From: a virus
Taxonomy: Duplodnaviria; Caudoviricetes
Strand: one strand, 5' to 3'
IMG/VR virus record: IMGVR_UViG_3300021341_000078
Location: 1-63,627 of that record
Length of the DNA stretch: 63,627 nt
This document shows positions 22,899-36,209 of this stretch, piece after piece; the stretch's first letter is position 1; every line of letters begins with the position of its first letter. Below the pieces are notes generated by a model. It was not told where the DNA came from. It was given only the letters and a program-made list of their open reading frames with translations, and ran no database searches. Made by a program: the position numbers and the translations under genes.

Positions 22899-23759
22899 CT
22901 AGTATATGTATGTTTCTCTAAAAGAAATGCTTACTGGTATAGTTGTGCTACCGTTCCCATCTAGTACTACTATCTCATTTAGTCATGGGTTCAGGAATAC
23001 AGGCTCTCAGCTCTCTCTGTTCGCTGATATATCGTTACCGTTGTCAGTAACTACTAGCTGAGAGAGTGGATCGTTGTTTGGGTTTGTGGTGTCGTGTACA
23101 AGTAGGGTAGTAGATCCGTTCAGCCTGTATTGACGGTTGTTTGTGAAGTTGATAATCTGGCAGTTCGAGCAGCTACCAGTCACCGTAATAGTACAAGGAG
23201 CAAGCCAGTTACCGTTGTTCGTAACAGATAGCGCATTTGTGTAGACTCCTAGCGTGTTTGGTAGTGTGTTGCTTAGTAGATTACCTGTAAATGTTCCTGT
23301 TGTACCAGTAACCGTAGTAGTTGTTGTAGAAAACACCTCTGGTCACTCTGCGTACAGTGAGAAGCTGAATCTTATGTAAGGATCACACACATCATTGGTA
23401 GGTGCTGGCATCCTAAACACCTTAGCTTTTACTGTTCTATCGTTACCAGCGTCATCCTGCCAAGTGAGATCATAGAAAGCGTTATCTGTAGGGTTAGGTT
23501 CTGGAGCTATGAGTGAAAAAAGGTTATTCCAAGGGGTGTGTCTTTCGGCTTTCGTGTATCAAAAGATTATACCTTCAAACTCGAATATCCTACCACCTGC
23601 AAGCGTGTTACTACTATACGTTCAGTGGAAGTTAGCTCTGTTGAAGATATCTGTCCTAAGCGGTACGTTCCTATCAGCGCTCTGTAGTACTATCTTGTTG
23701 GTAGCGCCTAGTGTGTCAGCAAAGCTTGTTCACTTGTAAGATCGGTTCTGTCCTATCAT
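22899..23759 (-). CDS. Distal tail protein (Dit-like); recoded
   Basis: Follows TMP; VTNNGNWLAPCTITVTG and FLNPGLNEI motifs. Confidence 0.75.
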
Positions 23760-26713
23760 TATCTAATGAAGTTACGTTCTAAATTACTTGCAACCTCTGG
23801 ACTGGTAACATTAAATGTTTGGTTTGTTGTGTTGTTGTTTGTAGTGCTTCCTGCTCACGTACTAGATATAGATCTAGCTATCCTCTGAGCCTCCAGAGCT
23901 TTCTCAATTAACTCATCGTACAACTCTTTTCTTCTAGAAACCTCTATCCCAAGCCTTGCAGTAACCTCTTCTTCAAAGCTGATCTGCTTGTTCTTTACGT
24001 TTTCTAGTATCTCTAGTTCTAGTTGCTTCTGCTCTTGTAGTCTCTCTGTCTCTGTAGCGAGCAATTCTATTTTCTGCTCTATAGCTTGTACTTCTTTGTC
24101 TCTTTCTTCTAGTATTCTCTCAGCAGCAGAAAGCCCTGCTTGTCTAACAGCTTCAGCTCTTTCTTCAGCAGTAGTATTAGCCTCAATAAGCTCTTTTTCC
24201 CTCTGTAGAGCTAGTATTCTTTCACTAGCAGCATTTCTTTCTTCTGACGTGCTATCATCATCGTTCAAAATAGATCTTGCTTCAGCTATATCTTCATCTA
24301 CGTCCACTCATCTACTAGCTAGGTCAGTTTGTGCATCAGCGTTTATTTGCTCTATTTCGCTTCTCAAGTCTCCTATTTCCTGTACAGATTCTTTGATCTT
24401 GTCGGTTAGTTCGTCAACTCTATCTTGTTGATCTTCTACTGCATCTCAGATAGCATCATACACTTCCTTAGCCTCCTTTTCTGCGTCTTTTAGAGCATCT
24501 GATCTTCTCTTTTCTGATTGTTTTTGTAGCTCCTGTATCTCTTTTTCTGACTCCTTGATGATCTTTTGTCTTTCTTTTTCCGCCTCATCAGTGTCGCTTA
24601 CTGCTCTACTTCTTCTTCCTCCTGAACTACTACCTCCTCAAGCAACGCTTGTCTCAAAGAACCTATCGAAATCTTCTACGTCTTGTCTTGTTTCCTTGAT
24701 CTGAGCAGAAACAGCTTGTAGTCTAGCCGCTTGTGCGACTCTATCAGCATCAAATGCAACAGGTCAAGAACCACTAGCAAAGATATCTGTAGCAACTCAC
24801 ACCAGTCTAAGAGAATCTGCTAGAGCTATGATACTATCTATTGTTCCTAGAGCCTCTTGTTTTATTGCGTTCAGTTGCTCCTGTGAGTTAGCGGTATTTA
24901 GAGAAGCAAACACACCATTCAATGTTCTCGTAATGCTAGAAGTGGAGTCTAGCGTTAATCAAGCCTCATCTGCTCTTGTTTGTAGCTCAGACAGTTCTTG
25001 TACGTAGCTATCTATGTCGATAGTACCGTTAATAAGCTGTTGTCACAGGTTATCTAAAGCTGGCACTAGCCCCTCTACTACCTGTGTTTGTACGCTGGAC
25101 ACAAATTCTCACACTCTCTGTATCTCGTTTCCGTACTCATCAGCGCTAATCTCTCAGTTCTTAAACTGAGTAGTCAGATCATCTATCTTGTCGTTCAGTA
25201 ATCCAAGAGCCTCTTCAGAGGTCTTTGCTTCTTCGGTTATTTCCTCAAACGTAAGTCCTAGACCACGAGCCTCGTTTACTATTTCTGAAAGTGGCTTTCC
25301 TATATCCTCCAAACCGTCAGCGAGAAACTTACTGAACCTTGTTGCGGCTTCTGTAGCTCTTACCAAAGCTGGCACAAAGTTCTCACCTATTTCTGCTCTG
25401 TTTTGTCTTATCTCTTCTCTAAGCTGTCAAAGTCTCGCCTCTGTAGTCTGGAATCTCTTCTCTGCTTCTTCTTGTAACGAGTTTTGTGTCTCTAGTTCCC
25501 GATTCGCTGTTCTAAGCGCATCAGAAAGTATATCACTACCAGCAGCAAGCGATAGGAAAGCGTTTCTGGTTCTTACGTTAGATCAGAAGAGGTCGTCAAT
25601 AATGTTCACAGCATCTTCTCCAGACTCAGCTAGTCCTTCGATCAAAGATGTAAACGCTTCACCTGCATCGTCTCTAAATCTTTGTGCGAACTCTTCAGAA
25701 GTTTGTCACGCTAGATCTGCAAACTTCTGCAACTCGTCACCTCCAGTAGATACCGCAGCCTGTATAGCAATAAACGACTTACTAACAGCTGTACCTCAAG
25801 CTTCTGCTTGTATACCAAGAGAAGAAAGTGATGTAGCAATAGCCTGTAGGTCCTGTTGTGCGAATCACGCAGCAGCACCAGCAGAAGAAAGCCTTTGTGT
25901 GAAGGTCAATATCTCTCTCTCAGTAGTAGCAAAGTTGTTACCTAGCTTTACGGTAACAGTCGCTAGCTCCTCAACTCTATCAAGCGGAATATTAAGTACG
26001 TTCGCGAGTCTAGCAAAATCTGTAGCAGCCTGTTCAGTAGTAATATTGGTGGTTGCTGCAATCTTTACTACCGTGTCAGTAAATGTTCCTATATCGTCTA
26101 CAGCCACACCCAACTGACCAGCTAGTTCAGCTACTCTTGCTATCTCCTCAAAAGGTAGTCCAAGGCTAGTAGATAGCCTTCATAACTCTTTTCTTAGCAA
26201 CCCAAACTGTATTTCTGTAGCGTCTACCGTTTTTCTTACTCCTGTGAATGCGCTTTCAAAAGCGATCACGTCTCTAACCCCTTGAGAAACCTGCCTACCA
26301 AGCGCCACAATACCAGCTCACACAGCCCCTATAGCCGTTCAAAATCCAAGAACCCTACTAGAAAGGCTACTAATGCTTCCTGAAACCTGATTAAACTTAG
26401 ATTGTAACCTAGATAGCGCTGGGTCTCCAGTGTTGGTAAAGTTTGTGAGCCTTCTTCTAGCCTCTGTAAGATCTTTTTTTGCTCTCTCCAGATCTATCCT
26501 TAACTCTCTAGGAGCTTTCGTTATATCATCAAATTTCTTTACCTCGTTCCTGAGGTTCTGTACTCTCAAGAAAGCGTTATCTATATTGATCTCTAGCTGT
26601 TTTCTTAGCTGTGGGTCTAGTGTTTTTAGTGTATCACGAGCCTTAGTGACACCGTCTCATACTCCATCGGTGTTCACTACAATCTTGGCTTCAAGTGGCT
26701 CTAGTAATACCAT
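23759..26713 (-). CDS. Tape measure protein (TP901-like core, ~984 aa); recoded
   Basis: Four track fragments all in one frame; FESAFTGVRKTVD...AGQLGV...LGNNFATTEREI. Confidence 0.9.
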
Positions 26714-27351
26714 TATCTCTTTATGCTAGATAAAATCTCATCACCTTGTACTTCAGCGTGGATTATTCACTCTTCTTTCTGTTTCCTAACTACCGCTAGG
26801 AGATCTAAGTCATCCTTATCTAGTAGCGTCCCTCCGTTCTTCGCTCTCCACATATTGTCGTTCAAGTGTTGTGTGTCCTTGCTAGACTCATAGTTGTTGA
26901 ATATCAGTCTATCAATACACCGATTCAACTGCTCGTAGGTATACTCTTCTATTAGATGCTTTGGTCACGGTATATTAAACTCTTTGCACACAGTGGATAA
27001 ATGTGCTCCTTCCATCACTCTACGCCTCTTAGATCATTTTTGGGCTGGATCAGATGCGGGGTTAGAGTACATCGAAGAGTATGTTTTGAACCTAGAAGAC
27101 ATTAAATCATTGTAGACTTGTCTGTCTCTATAGACTGCTTCCAATAGTTTTTGTTTTTTCTTTCGTATCGAAGATTTATATCTAAGCTCACCGTGTTGTT
27201 CTATGAACTCTCTCATATGTTGTACCCTACGTCATGTATCCATCGCATAGAAGCTGTCTGTTTCCTCTATGGAAGCGTCCTGAAAACGTAGATATAAATC
27301 GCCGTAGCTGGTTTGGTATAAGAACTGGTATATTTTGCGTGGTGGGAGCAT
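26713..27351 (-). CDS. Tail assembly chaperone-position protein; recoded
   Basis: 212-aa frame between tail tube and TMP. Confidence 0.6.
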
Positions 27352-27396
27352 CTCTACATTACCGAATAAAGAAGGTCTAGCGTGGGGGAGACCATC

Positions 27397-28275
27397 TTAT
27401 TGTTGCCAAGTTTTCTTCCAAACGATGTATAGACCTCCATCCCTGCAAGTGAACTCAGCTGGACTACCAGCGAAATCAGTTCTACTTCTGTTGACGTAAG
27501 TTCTAGCAAGTTCTCCTGTCAATGCTGCTTTTGAGAAATAAGCGATAGTCTGAGAATAGTTTGTCAGACCGTTACTTGAATCTACACTACCAGCCTGAGC
27601 ACAAGAAACAAACTTGTACAACCCCAAAGGAATACTTTGTTTTTCTACTCTATATCCTGTTAGTTGCTTGTCTCTAGGTGTGTAATCGTAAACGATAACT
27701 AGATCCTGAGCGATGGTAGTAACACTACCTGCAATAGCTGGAACAGTAACTACTGTTCTACCTAGTGCGTCTTGTGTTACTGTGTAATCAGCAGGAGCTA
27801 TAACACCATCCACAGAACCTGTTACAGAAGTAACAGTGATAGCAGAACCGTCTCCGTTTTGGTTACATAGAGCGATAGCAGTAGCTAGTGCCCAGTTTCC
27901 AGAAGCCACAGTTTGCGGAAATCAAGGGACAGCAGCACCAGTAACGCTAACAGTGCTAGTTCCTAGCATATTTGCTAGTACGTCTAGGTTATTTACGTCT
28001 AACCAAGTGAAGCTGATAGATGGGATGATCTTTGCTGAAAGATCAATAGTACCTACATCGCAGTTATCTACGATGATCTCTTCTTCTGAATCTAGAGTGT
28101 GTCCTTCTGAGAAATCTTGGATCTGTCCTACTGTAGAGTAAGCATATGTCTCAAGATCACATCTAAGACTTTCTAGGTTCGCAGCGGTTGGTGTAGCGAA
28201 TGTTCTGCTACTATCGAAGTTTGTTGAGTAGTACAGATCACCAGCCGTAGCCAACTTATCAAGTGTAAGTGTCAT
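27397..28275 (-). CDS. Major tail tube protein; recoded
   Basis: Two track fragments joined by a single TGA at 27922; canonical position. Confidence 0.75.
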
Positions 28276-28533
28276 TTGTATGTGAGTACGAAATAAAATT
28301 AGCAATTACAGTCTCTACCTGAGTGGCATACAATATGATCTTTGAGAACCTTGCAATCCTCACAAGAGAGTTCGTATTGTTGTCCTTGGGTGTAGAAAAC
28401 ACCTTGGTGACTTACGTTTCTCTTGAAGATCACTTTACTAGTAGAAGCTGTTTTACCAGCTTTCTTCTCTACTTTCTTCTCCTCGTTCTCTGGCATCATC
28501 TTGTTGGCTACCTCGGTCATTTTCTTTTCCTCC

Positions 28534-28971
28534 TTAACCATCACTATACCAGTAATGAAATAAATAATCTTTTGTGAGCATCAACCTGTTTCCTTGGACG
28601 TACTCAGGTCAGAACATCTGTCACTCTTCGATACCTGCTATGTGAAAGTCTCACATATACCGAAGCGTAGGGCAAGCGTCTGTAGTTATCTGGTTAGTAA
28701 TAACCTCAACGATATCCACTAGCTCTGCTGGTATCTTGTTCCTGTGAGCTACGATGCTAAACTCTAACCTAGCTGTCTTATCTACTCCAGTGTTGTTGTT
28801 CACATCAGAAACTATTCTCGTGTTTATGTAAGTGTTGAACTCAGTATCGTCTTGATTGTCGTCTCTATTTTTCTGTCAGAACCAAATAAGACCAGGAACT
28901 ACAGCTGATATAGCTGTATTACTGTTCAAGTAATCTACGATCTTATCGACCTGTATAGTCCTAACTGCCAT
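28534..28971 (-). CDS. Tail terminator-position protein; recoded
   Basis: IVDYLNSNTAISAVV N-terminus; synteny. Confidence 0.6.
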
Positions 28972-29356
28972 TAGATAGATTCCTTTCTAAAATAGGTTTG
29001 ATGAAATCAAGAGTCCTCTGATATGTTCTGTTCCCCACTCAAGAGAAGATCCTAGTAGACGCATCCCTTGGTGGTCACTTATGATAGTTGAATGATTGTC
29101 ATAGAACGCCAAACTCCAGTGCGTAGGCATACTGATACCCATTCTCACCTCTAACGTCGTTCTCAAGCGATCCGACGACGGTGTTACCTATGGTTTGGGC
29201 GCGGTTTATCTTGTGATCTGACTCGTATGCTCCTGTGTCGGTAGGGGAGATGCGTTTTGCATACTCCAAAGCTTCATCTAACGATTTGTTGATAGCCTCT
29301 TCAGTCACTCAAGAATAGTATGCTGTAATAACTAAAGGATCTAACTTCAATGCCAT
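28961..29356 (-). CDS. HK97 gp10-like neck protein; recoded
   Basis: AKRISPTDTG...YAYALEFG. Confidence 0.75.
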
Positions 29357-29709
29357 TATCTGTTGCTTACCTGTAAAGAAACACCGCTCACATCACTACA
29401 TCCAGAAAGAGAATGTACATCCACAAAGTCTACTATGTACTCACCAACAGAGTTACTGTTTACATCGAACAACTGCACTATCTCTCACTTCAATATGTTG
29501 TTATAGGTTATTGGGAGATAGACCACATATCTATCCTTGTCTGTCTCTCTAGCTAGTGACTGATCCCAGTTCATGGAATTGTTACTAGATTCAAAGTAGC
29601 AAGGGATAGAAGTGTACTTTACGTTCTTTGTCAGTTTAGATGATCCTCTAGACATAGTAGAGACCTCCGTCCAAACACTACAAGTCATGTCGTAGAAATC
29701 TGTAAACAT
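29356..29709 (-). CDS. Head-closure (stopper) protein; recoded
   Basis: Synteny; IPCYF and ILKGEIV with TGA=Gly. Confidence 0.6.
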
Positions 29710-30300
29710 CTAGCAATATCATCATAAAACTGGTACAGCGTAGCTGTTGAGTATGCTTTTGATAGACATACCGTATTTCTCTAACTGTGTTGTCTCGCTT
29801 CCATCAACATGTGTAACCGTCTTAGGTCACAGCTTGATTGTCTTAACGTTCTTAGTTCAACTAGAGTTACCGTTATTCAATCCTTCTCCTATCAGTAGCT
29901 TAACCATCTGGAACTCCACTAACTTGAGATCTTCAGGTATGGTAGAGTATCCAGCGGTATAAACTAAGTCAAAGTATCTATCTGAGTAGTAGAACGTCTC
30001 GCTTTTGAACCAAACACAACTGTTCTTAGGTGGTAGTATGCGGTAGTCAGTACCAAGTGTTCAGCTATAGGCGGTTCATGCTATACTATCCACGCTTGTA
30101 ACGTTAGGATAGTCTAGATAGATCTTTCCACCGCATATGTCGCACCTAGTAACCTGTTTAGTGTGCTGCTTTGATGTATAGTCTTTTCACCAAGCAGTAA
30201 GGATAGCAGTCGTGTCAGCAAGTAGCTGAGTAAGCTCAGCGTCTCTAGACGTGTCTGTTATCCCCATTCTCGTTTTGAGTTCTGCTAGTGTGATATACAT
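29710..30300 (-). CDS. Head-tail adaptor (gp6-like); recoded
   Basis: MYITLAELKTRMGI...D..L..LL and YTAGYSTIPEDLK. Confidence 0.8.
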
Positions 30301-30314
30301 TGCAATCAGTTATA

Positions 30315-30617
30315 CTAAAGCTTTGATTTGATCCATTCAATGTCGTTCTTCTTGAAGTTAGATACTGGCTTCCCATGTTTCTCCTCGTATTGTTTTCTTA
30401 GAGATTCTAGCTCGCTGTCGTCCTCCACCTTCGGCTCTTCCTTCTTAGGAGCAGCCTCTTGTTTTGTTCTAGCGACTTCTACTCTTTGAAAGTACTTAGG
30501 ACTTGTATGGTGATAGTTATGGTTGGTTTGTACTGTCTCTCATGGAGCGAGTATAACCTTTTCACCGTACACGTCCTGTACCTCAACAGAGATCTCTGAA
30601 ACGTTCTGAATTAGCAT
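30315..30617 (-). CDS. Hypothetical protein downstream of capsid; recoded
   Basis: 100-aa frame with one TGA (LAPGETV). Confidence 0.55.
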
Positions 30618-30642
30618 TAATCTAGCGTGTTACTAATAAATA

Positions 30643-31821
30643 TTATGCAAGAGGACAAGCCATAGAGATAGTCTTATCTAGACCTGCTTTCTCGTTTGCG
30701 ATATCGAAACCGAAGAACATAGTAACATCCCATAGGATAGCGTCACTGTATTCGTGAGTAACGATGTTCATGCTTTTACCGAAAGCGTATTGTACAGCGT
30801 TTCTGTGCATCAAGATACCTTGGATGTTTGTTGTAGAAGTTTGTGTGAACTTACCACGTGCATCCAAAGCACCAGCAGATATTACTGTACCGTCTGCTTC
30901 ACAGAAAGCTGGCATCTCTTGTGTAGAGTATGCTTCTACTCCCTCTGGAGCTAGTACGAATCCACCTCTAGTATTAGTAGCGTTACCACCGAATACGTTT
31001 TGAGTAGAGTAGTTAGAATCGAATCTTACCTTGTTAGCAAATGTGTTTGACAACAAGAATAGAAGATCGTTAGGGTTGTTCACGTAGTTTACAACTCCAG
31101 TAAACATATCCTGTACTACACCTCTTGAGTATGCAGCAGCACCGTTAGTAACACCATTAGCGATAGCGATCTTTCTGATACCGTTGTTACCAACAGTAGA
31201 AGCGTTTTCATGGTATGTTGTAGGTACAACTTGACCAGCATAGTTGATGTTAGTAGCCGTAGCATCTGTATCACCGTTGATGATGTAGCTTTCAATTGTC
31301 TTGTTAGCAGCAGCAACAATCTTTTGCTCGATTAGAGCAAGCATGTTTGTTTCTGTTACTCTAGACAATTCTTCTACTGAGATAGCGATCTGAGTAGTGA
31401 ACTTCTTCATATTGATAAGCAACTGATCTGTTCTCACAGCGTTGTTGTTGCTGATATCGATGAAGTTCTGCACACCTGTTCTCTCGTATCCAGAATCGAA
31501 GTAATCTGCTTCACCAAGAACGTTAACTCTTGCAGAATCAGCAGTATCGATCTGACCGTGATTACCTCTCAATTTAGAAAGAAGCTCAGACTGTCTGCTG
31601 ATCATAGAGTATAGTTCACTCTTGTATTCAACAGGAACTCTGATCTCAGCACCGAAGTCAGTATTAACTCAAGACATGATTTCGTTTTGTGCTTTCTGTC
31701 TAAGGTTTTTCTCCTCAGTGAAAGACTTCTCAGCAGCTTCTAGAACCTTTCCAGCGTCTTTTCCTGCTACTTTTGCAGCCTTTGTTAGGGCTGTCTTAAA
31801 ACTTTGATCTACTAGTGACAT
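30643..31821 (-). CDS. Major capsid protein (HK97 fold); recoded
   Basis: Track fragments joined by one TGA at 31669; IAISVEEL, YIINGD; position after protease. Confidence 0.85.
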
Positions 31822-31846
31822 TTGTAGTAAATAAATAGATATAAAA

Positions 31847-33094
31847 CTATTCAGCAGCGTGTGCTGTTCTTTTGAGCGCATCACCTACTCTGTAGCCTGT
31901 AGATTCCTCTTCAACGTACAGCATACCAATCTCTTTGTAGTTGTTTACAGCCTCAGCTACTACTTCTTTGAGTTCAGCGTTTTCAGCGTCCTTCTTTTCG
32001 TTAGCTTCGACTAGTTGATTGATAGTGTCCGTAGCTTTCTGAGTCACCTCTTCTAGAGTTTCCTCTAGCTTAGCTACTTTAGAAGATAGCTCTTTGTAGT
32101 TAATCCCTTCCTCTACTGATTTTTCCTCTTCAACAGTTTCCTCTACTTCTTCAGTAGGTTCTTCTGTTTCAGATTCCTCTCAGTCTCCAGCGTCTCAGCT
32201 TTCTTGTGAGTCTTGAGAAACTTCTTCAGCTTCTTCTGGTGTGCTTTTCTCTTGTTCGTCATCAGCTTCAGCAACAATGTCTTCTTCTACATCGTCTGGC
32301 GCTACTTCTTCAGTAACCTCTTCAGATGTTTCTTCTTCTTCTTCTTCTTCTTCTTCTTCTTCTTCTTCTGTTTCCTCAACTGTTTCTTCTACGGCTACTT
32401 CTGCTGGGTCTTCTCCAGCGTCTTTCTCTTCTACTAGTTCTGGCATTTCCTTAGCTACCTCTTCAGCTACTTTCTCCAGCTCTTCAGCTTCTAGGGTGTT
32501 TACGTCAACTCATTTCTCTTTCATGTACTCCATTAGTTTCTTAACCTGCATGGTATTAGTGTGTAATTGTAAAAGGTTGTCTATAGATTTACGAACCGTG
32601 AATGGGTTGTTCGGTATATCTACCATCGATATCTCGTGAAGCTCTACAGACGTGATATGTACTCAGTCTTCTCTCTCTTCTATCCCACCTTGCTTAGGGA
32701 CGAATCCGATAGAGAATCCTACAATGAGTCCGTGTCTAAGACCGTGTATTGTTTTCTTGTGGTCTTCGATCTCTGGGTTTAGGATAACTTTAGAATGGAT
32801 ATACAGCCCTTCTCATTCTTTGACCTCTATTCTCTCAGTACGTCAGATGTTGTTCTCTTCACCTCTCTTGTGTCCTAGCTTGATTACAGGGTTCTCCATA
32901 TATCTTCTTAGGTCTACTCACTCTGGGTGTATGATATCACCGTCGAAATCTTTATCGACAGTGCTAGCAAAACCTTCAATACTGAACTCTATACTCCCAT
33001 CCTCTAGAACCTTTTCAGGTAGCTTAGAAGGGATTCTTTTAGAGTGGATAATCAAAGGGCATAACTCTTTTCTTCTGCGTTGCTTTCTGTTCAT
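31847..33094 (-). CDS. HK97-type prohead protease with acidic scaffold-like C-terminus; recoded
   Basis: IEGFASTVDKDFDGDII...NPVIKLGH...GFSIGF...LHEISMVDIPNNP; poly-Glu from GAA repeat at ~32331-32368. Confidence 0.88.
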
Positions 33095-33173
33095 GTGTAG
33101 TAGTAGTTATAAATACACCATAGCTACATACAGACCCCCTGCCCACGCTAGTAATCAAGAGGTCTGTGTGTAA

Positions 33174-34499
33174 CTATGATTCAGGCTGTGGCTGTTGTGG
33201 TAATCTGTTAGGTATGTACTGATCTAGTATTTCATCGTTTACCTCTTCTAGTTCAAACTCTGTTCTATACTCGTTTCTGTTCTTGATGCCTCTGTCTACC
33301 TCCTGCATAGCGATCTCTCTTTCCTTAATCACGTCTCTAAACTCTGCGTTCTTACACTTGAACTCTCAATCGAACTTAGGGTCAAAGTATTTCTTGTATG
33401 CTATGGTCATAGTGTCGCTTAGTAGTTTACCGTATGTGTCGATAGTGCTGTTACCTTGTCTCACAGTCATGCTTTCGATTTCAGAAAAAGCTCCAGTTTC
33501 TTTCTGGAGTCCTACGAGTCTGGTGTCTAGCATGAATATCACCGCAAAGTCTTTGTCGTTTTCTTTTCTGATGTTGATGTAGTCCATATCTATGTTAGAT
33601 AGGTCTAGCGTTGTCACGTTCTGTACTATGTCAGAGATAAGCGGCTTGTATGAGTTGCTAGAACCACCAAACTTGTTGTTCCACATCTCAGCAAAAGCTT
33701 TTACATCCTCTGGGTTCTGGATCTTCTCTTGGTCTAGTGCTACCATAACATTAGGTACAGCGTTGTTCTTGAAGAAGTATAGCTGTCTCTTGTTCGCTTC
33801 TTGGTTAGTTAGTGCCTCGATTACTATTCTCTGTAGCTTAGAGTAACCGTACATAGGACGGAAAGGGTCTCTAAGCATAACCATGTTTACAAACTGTTTA
33901 GGCAAGAACTTCTCTATCTCGTTTTTGATAACGTAGTGATAGTGTTTGATCTCTCCGAACTTGTCGAAAAACTTCTTAACACCTCTAGTATCAAGAACCT
34001 TTACGTACCCATCTTTAGGGGCTTTGTTTAGTAGGTTAATCTGGTTAGGTATAAGACTAATCTCACCGCTACAGAAGTACTGCACAAAGAAGTCTCTAAT
34101 GAAATTATCGAAAGAAAGGTTGTCTGTCACTCATGTGCGAAAAAACAAGCTAGCTTGTTGCATAGCTGAGTTTGCTCCACTATCCTCTCTTACCTCTTTG
34201 GTCTCTGGATCTATAACACAGAACCCATCACGACCGACCATGTCTGTTATTTTATCTATGTACGCACCAGCCATCTTGTTAGTCTTGGCTATTCTGTACA
34301 TAGTGTTGCTGTCTATAGCCACCTTTCAGCAACCTTCTAGGTTAGATACTTCACGTCGTCAAAACTGCGATAGCCCAGAAACAAACTTCTCTTTTGTTGT
34401 CCTCTGTGGTACTACCTTGGGTGTTATTTCTTGAGAGATTTGACTTACAAGGGCGTCAATATTCTGCTCGTTGAAGTTTTGTATGAACTGGTTCGACAT
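33174..34499 (-). CDS. Portal protein (HK97-like); recoded
   Basis: YGYSKL, FFKNNAVP, KNRNEYR; two track fragments in one frame. Confidence 0.88.
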
Positions 34500-34556
34500 G
34501 AAGGAGGCATGTACTAAATATCTAGCGTGGGATATTTAGTAGTTTATCATAATGCT

Positions 34557-34585
34557 TATAGTCTAGGCTCGTGAAAAATCAAGAG
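34557..34585 (-). promoter_or_regulatory. Late sigma70-type promoter TTGATT-N16-TATAAG; related copy at 21820-21848
   Basis: 24/29 nt identity between the two copies; upstream of portal and baseplate genes. Confidence 0.6.
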
Positions 34586-34673
34586 TAAAATATCAAGAAG
34601 ATAAGGTGTCAAAACTTTTGTACTCAAATTAACACAGCATAATGAGATTATGAAGGCAGTCCTTTTTTATTCG

Positions 34674-34681
34674 TAAATTTG
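34674..34681 (+). promoter_or_regulatory. Bacteroidota -7 promoter element TAAATTTG
   Basis: Matches TAnnTTTG upstream of standard-code moron 34748. Confidence 0.6.
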
Positions 34682-34747
34682 TAATGCTATTTCTCGCCAG
34701 ATTATATGATATCAAAAATTAACGAACCTATCTGTATATAAATAGAT

Positions 34748-35515
34748 ATGAATAAATTTAAGTTTTTTGTTGTAGTCTCGATTTTACTTATTGGTGTTTT
34801 ATATTATAGAATGTCTTTAGGTTCTTCTTATGCATATGAAGAGGAAACTGTGTTTACTGACTTAGAAGAAGCCTCTGAACCAGAAATAAAGTTTGACCCT
34901 CCCCAAATTTTTGCTGAACCTTATGATAAGAAAGATAACTTGAAGGATAAATTACTTAAAAAATGCAATATTTCTAGCCTAAAGAAAAAACTGCGAAAAT
35001 CCTGTGATTATAACGAAACTAGAAACCTTGCTGCAATAATTGCTTCCAAGTCTGAAGGAGAATTCAACATTGGTCAGGTATGTGATATTTGGGATTATTG
35101 TAAAGAGAAATGGGCGTATGTAGATGATCCTGCTACCTCTTTCATTTCCTCCGCATCCAATACAATCAGAATAGGGTTTAAAGGAGATTGTGATGATTTT
35201 GCGGTTGTAAATTCAGCTTTAATACTAGGTATTGGGGGAAGAGTACGGATTAATGTGGCTTATAATGATGATGGAGGTCATGCTTTTACTGAAGTAAATG
35301 TTGGGGATAGTAACATTGATGCCATACAGGCTTACATAAACTATCGATATAAAAAAAGATTAAAACAAAAAGTGAAAATTAACTACAGAGTTTCGTCCGA
35401 TGGAAACAAATGGTTGAATCTTGATTGGTTCTCTGAATATCCTGGTGGAAAGTATTTTAATTTTAATCATGGAACTTCTTATTATATATTGCAAGATTTC
35501 TGTGAAAGTTTTTAA
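34748..35515 (+). CDS. Membrane-anchored transglutaminase-like cysteine protein (standard-code moron)
   Basis: GDCDDFA...GHAFTEV...LDW triad; N-terminal TM. Confidence 0.8.
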   Translation: MNKFKFFVVVSILLIGVLYYRMSLGSSYAYEEETVFTDLEEASEPEIKFDPPQIFAEPYDKKDNLKDKLLKKCNISSLKKKLRKSCDYNETRNLAAIIASKSEGEFNIGQVCDIWDYCKEKWAYVDDPATSFISSASNTIRIGFKGDCDDFAVVNSALILGIGGRVRINVAYNDDGGHAFTEVNVGDSNIDAIQAYINYRYKKRLKQKVKINYRVSSDGNKWLNLDWFSEYPGGKYFNFNHGTSYYILQDFCESF

Positions 35516-35534
35516 CTTTGAGAAAATTGAAGTT

Positions 35535-36209
35535 ATGGTATTCTACACTAGTGATGGAAAAGAAACATTTGGACCATTTTCTTTAGAAGAGTTAAAAGAA
35601 CAAGAACTTGTTAGTACTTCTCTGGTTTATAGTGAAGGAACGCAGTGGGTGAAAGCAATAGACTTACCTGAACTAGCAGATTTCTTTAAGGCCAAGGTCC
35701 CACCACCACCTCACATTCCACCTCCGCCACCTGTTCACCTAGTCAATCAAAATGTTTACCAAAGTAAGATATCTAACGATAAGCCTTTCTCTTTTGATTT
35801 TTCACAAGTGAAGGATAAGGCCTGGATAGTCGCTCTTGTAGTGTTTTTGATAATTGGCGGATTTGGGGTAAACTATTATCAAAATGTCAAAGAGACTGCA
35901 CGTTTAGAGGCGGAGGAAGTAGCAAGTAAAGAATTAAAGAAACAAGAAGAGGCAGCTAAAGCTGAAGAACAACGTATTAAGGAAGTCGAAGGAAAAATCG
36001 CAGAATCTAAGGAAAGGCTTGCGACACTTCAAGGTGATCTAGCCTATGCGCGCCGCAATCAAAGAGAGGTTGAAGAATTCGATATAACCAGAACGCCAAA
36101 GCAAGGTAGGGAGCAGAAGGCCGAAGCGAGAAGGGAAGTTAATAGAATTCAAAAACAGATCGACCAGGAGAAAAAAAGAATAGAAGATCTTGAGGCAATG
36201 CTATACTAA
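35535..36209 (+). CDS. GYF_2/DUF4339-domain membrane protein with coiled coil (standard-code moron)
   Basis: GPFSLEELK...LVYSEG..WVKA...PEL, poly-Pro linker, TM helix. Confidence 0.8.
   Translation: MVFYTSDGKETFGPFSLEELKEQELVSTSLVYSEGTQWVKAIDLPELADFFKAKVPPPPHIPPPPPVHLVNQNVYQSKISNDKPFSFDFSQVKDKAWIVALVVFLIIGGFGVNYYQNVKETARLEAEEVASKELKKQEEAAKAEEQRIKEVEGKIAESKERLATLQGDLAYARRNQREVEEFDITRTPKQGREQKAEARREVNRIQKQIDQEKKRIEDLEAMLY

Noticed and set aside
32331-32368. (TCT)n microsatellite as a contingency locus
   Set aside because: In-frame poly-Glu in the acidic scaffold region; length change would not shift frame
20964-34434. Plus-strand track ORFs over the structural region (e.g. 25188-26117, 32241-32639, 32652-33173, 33946-34434)
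   Set aside because: Ser-rich antisense shadows of real minus-strand recoded genes
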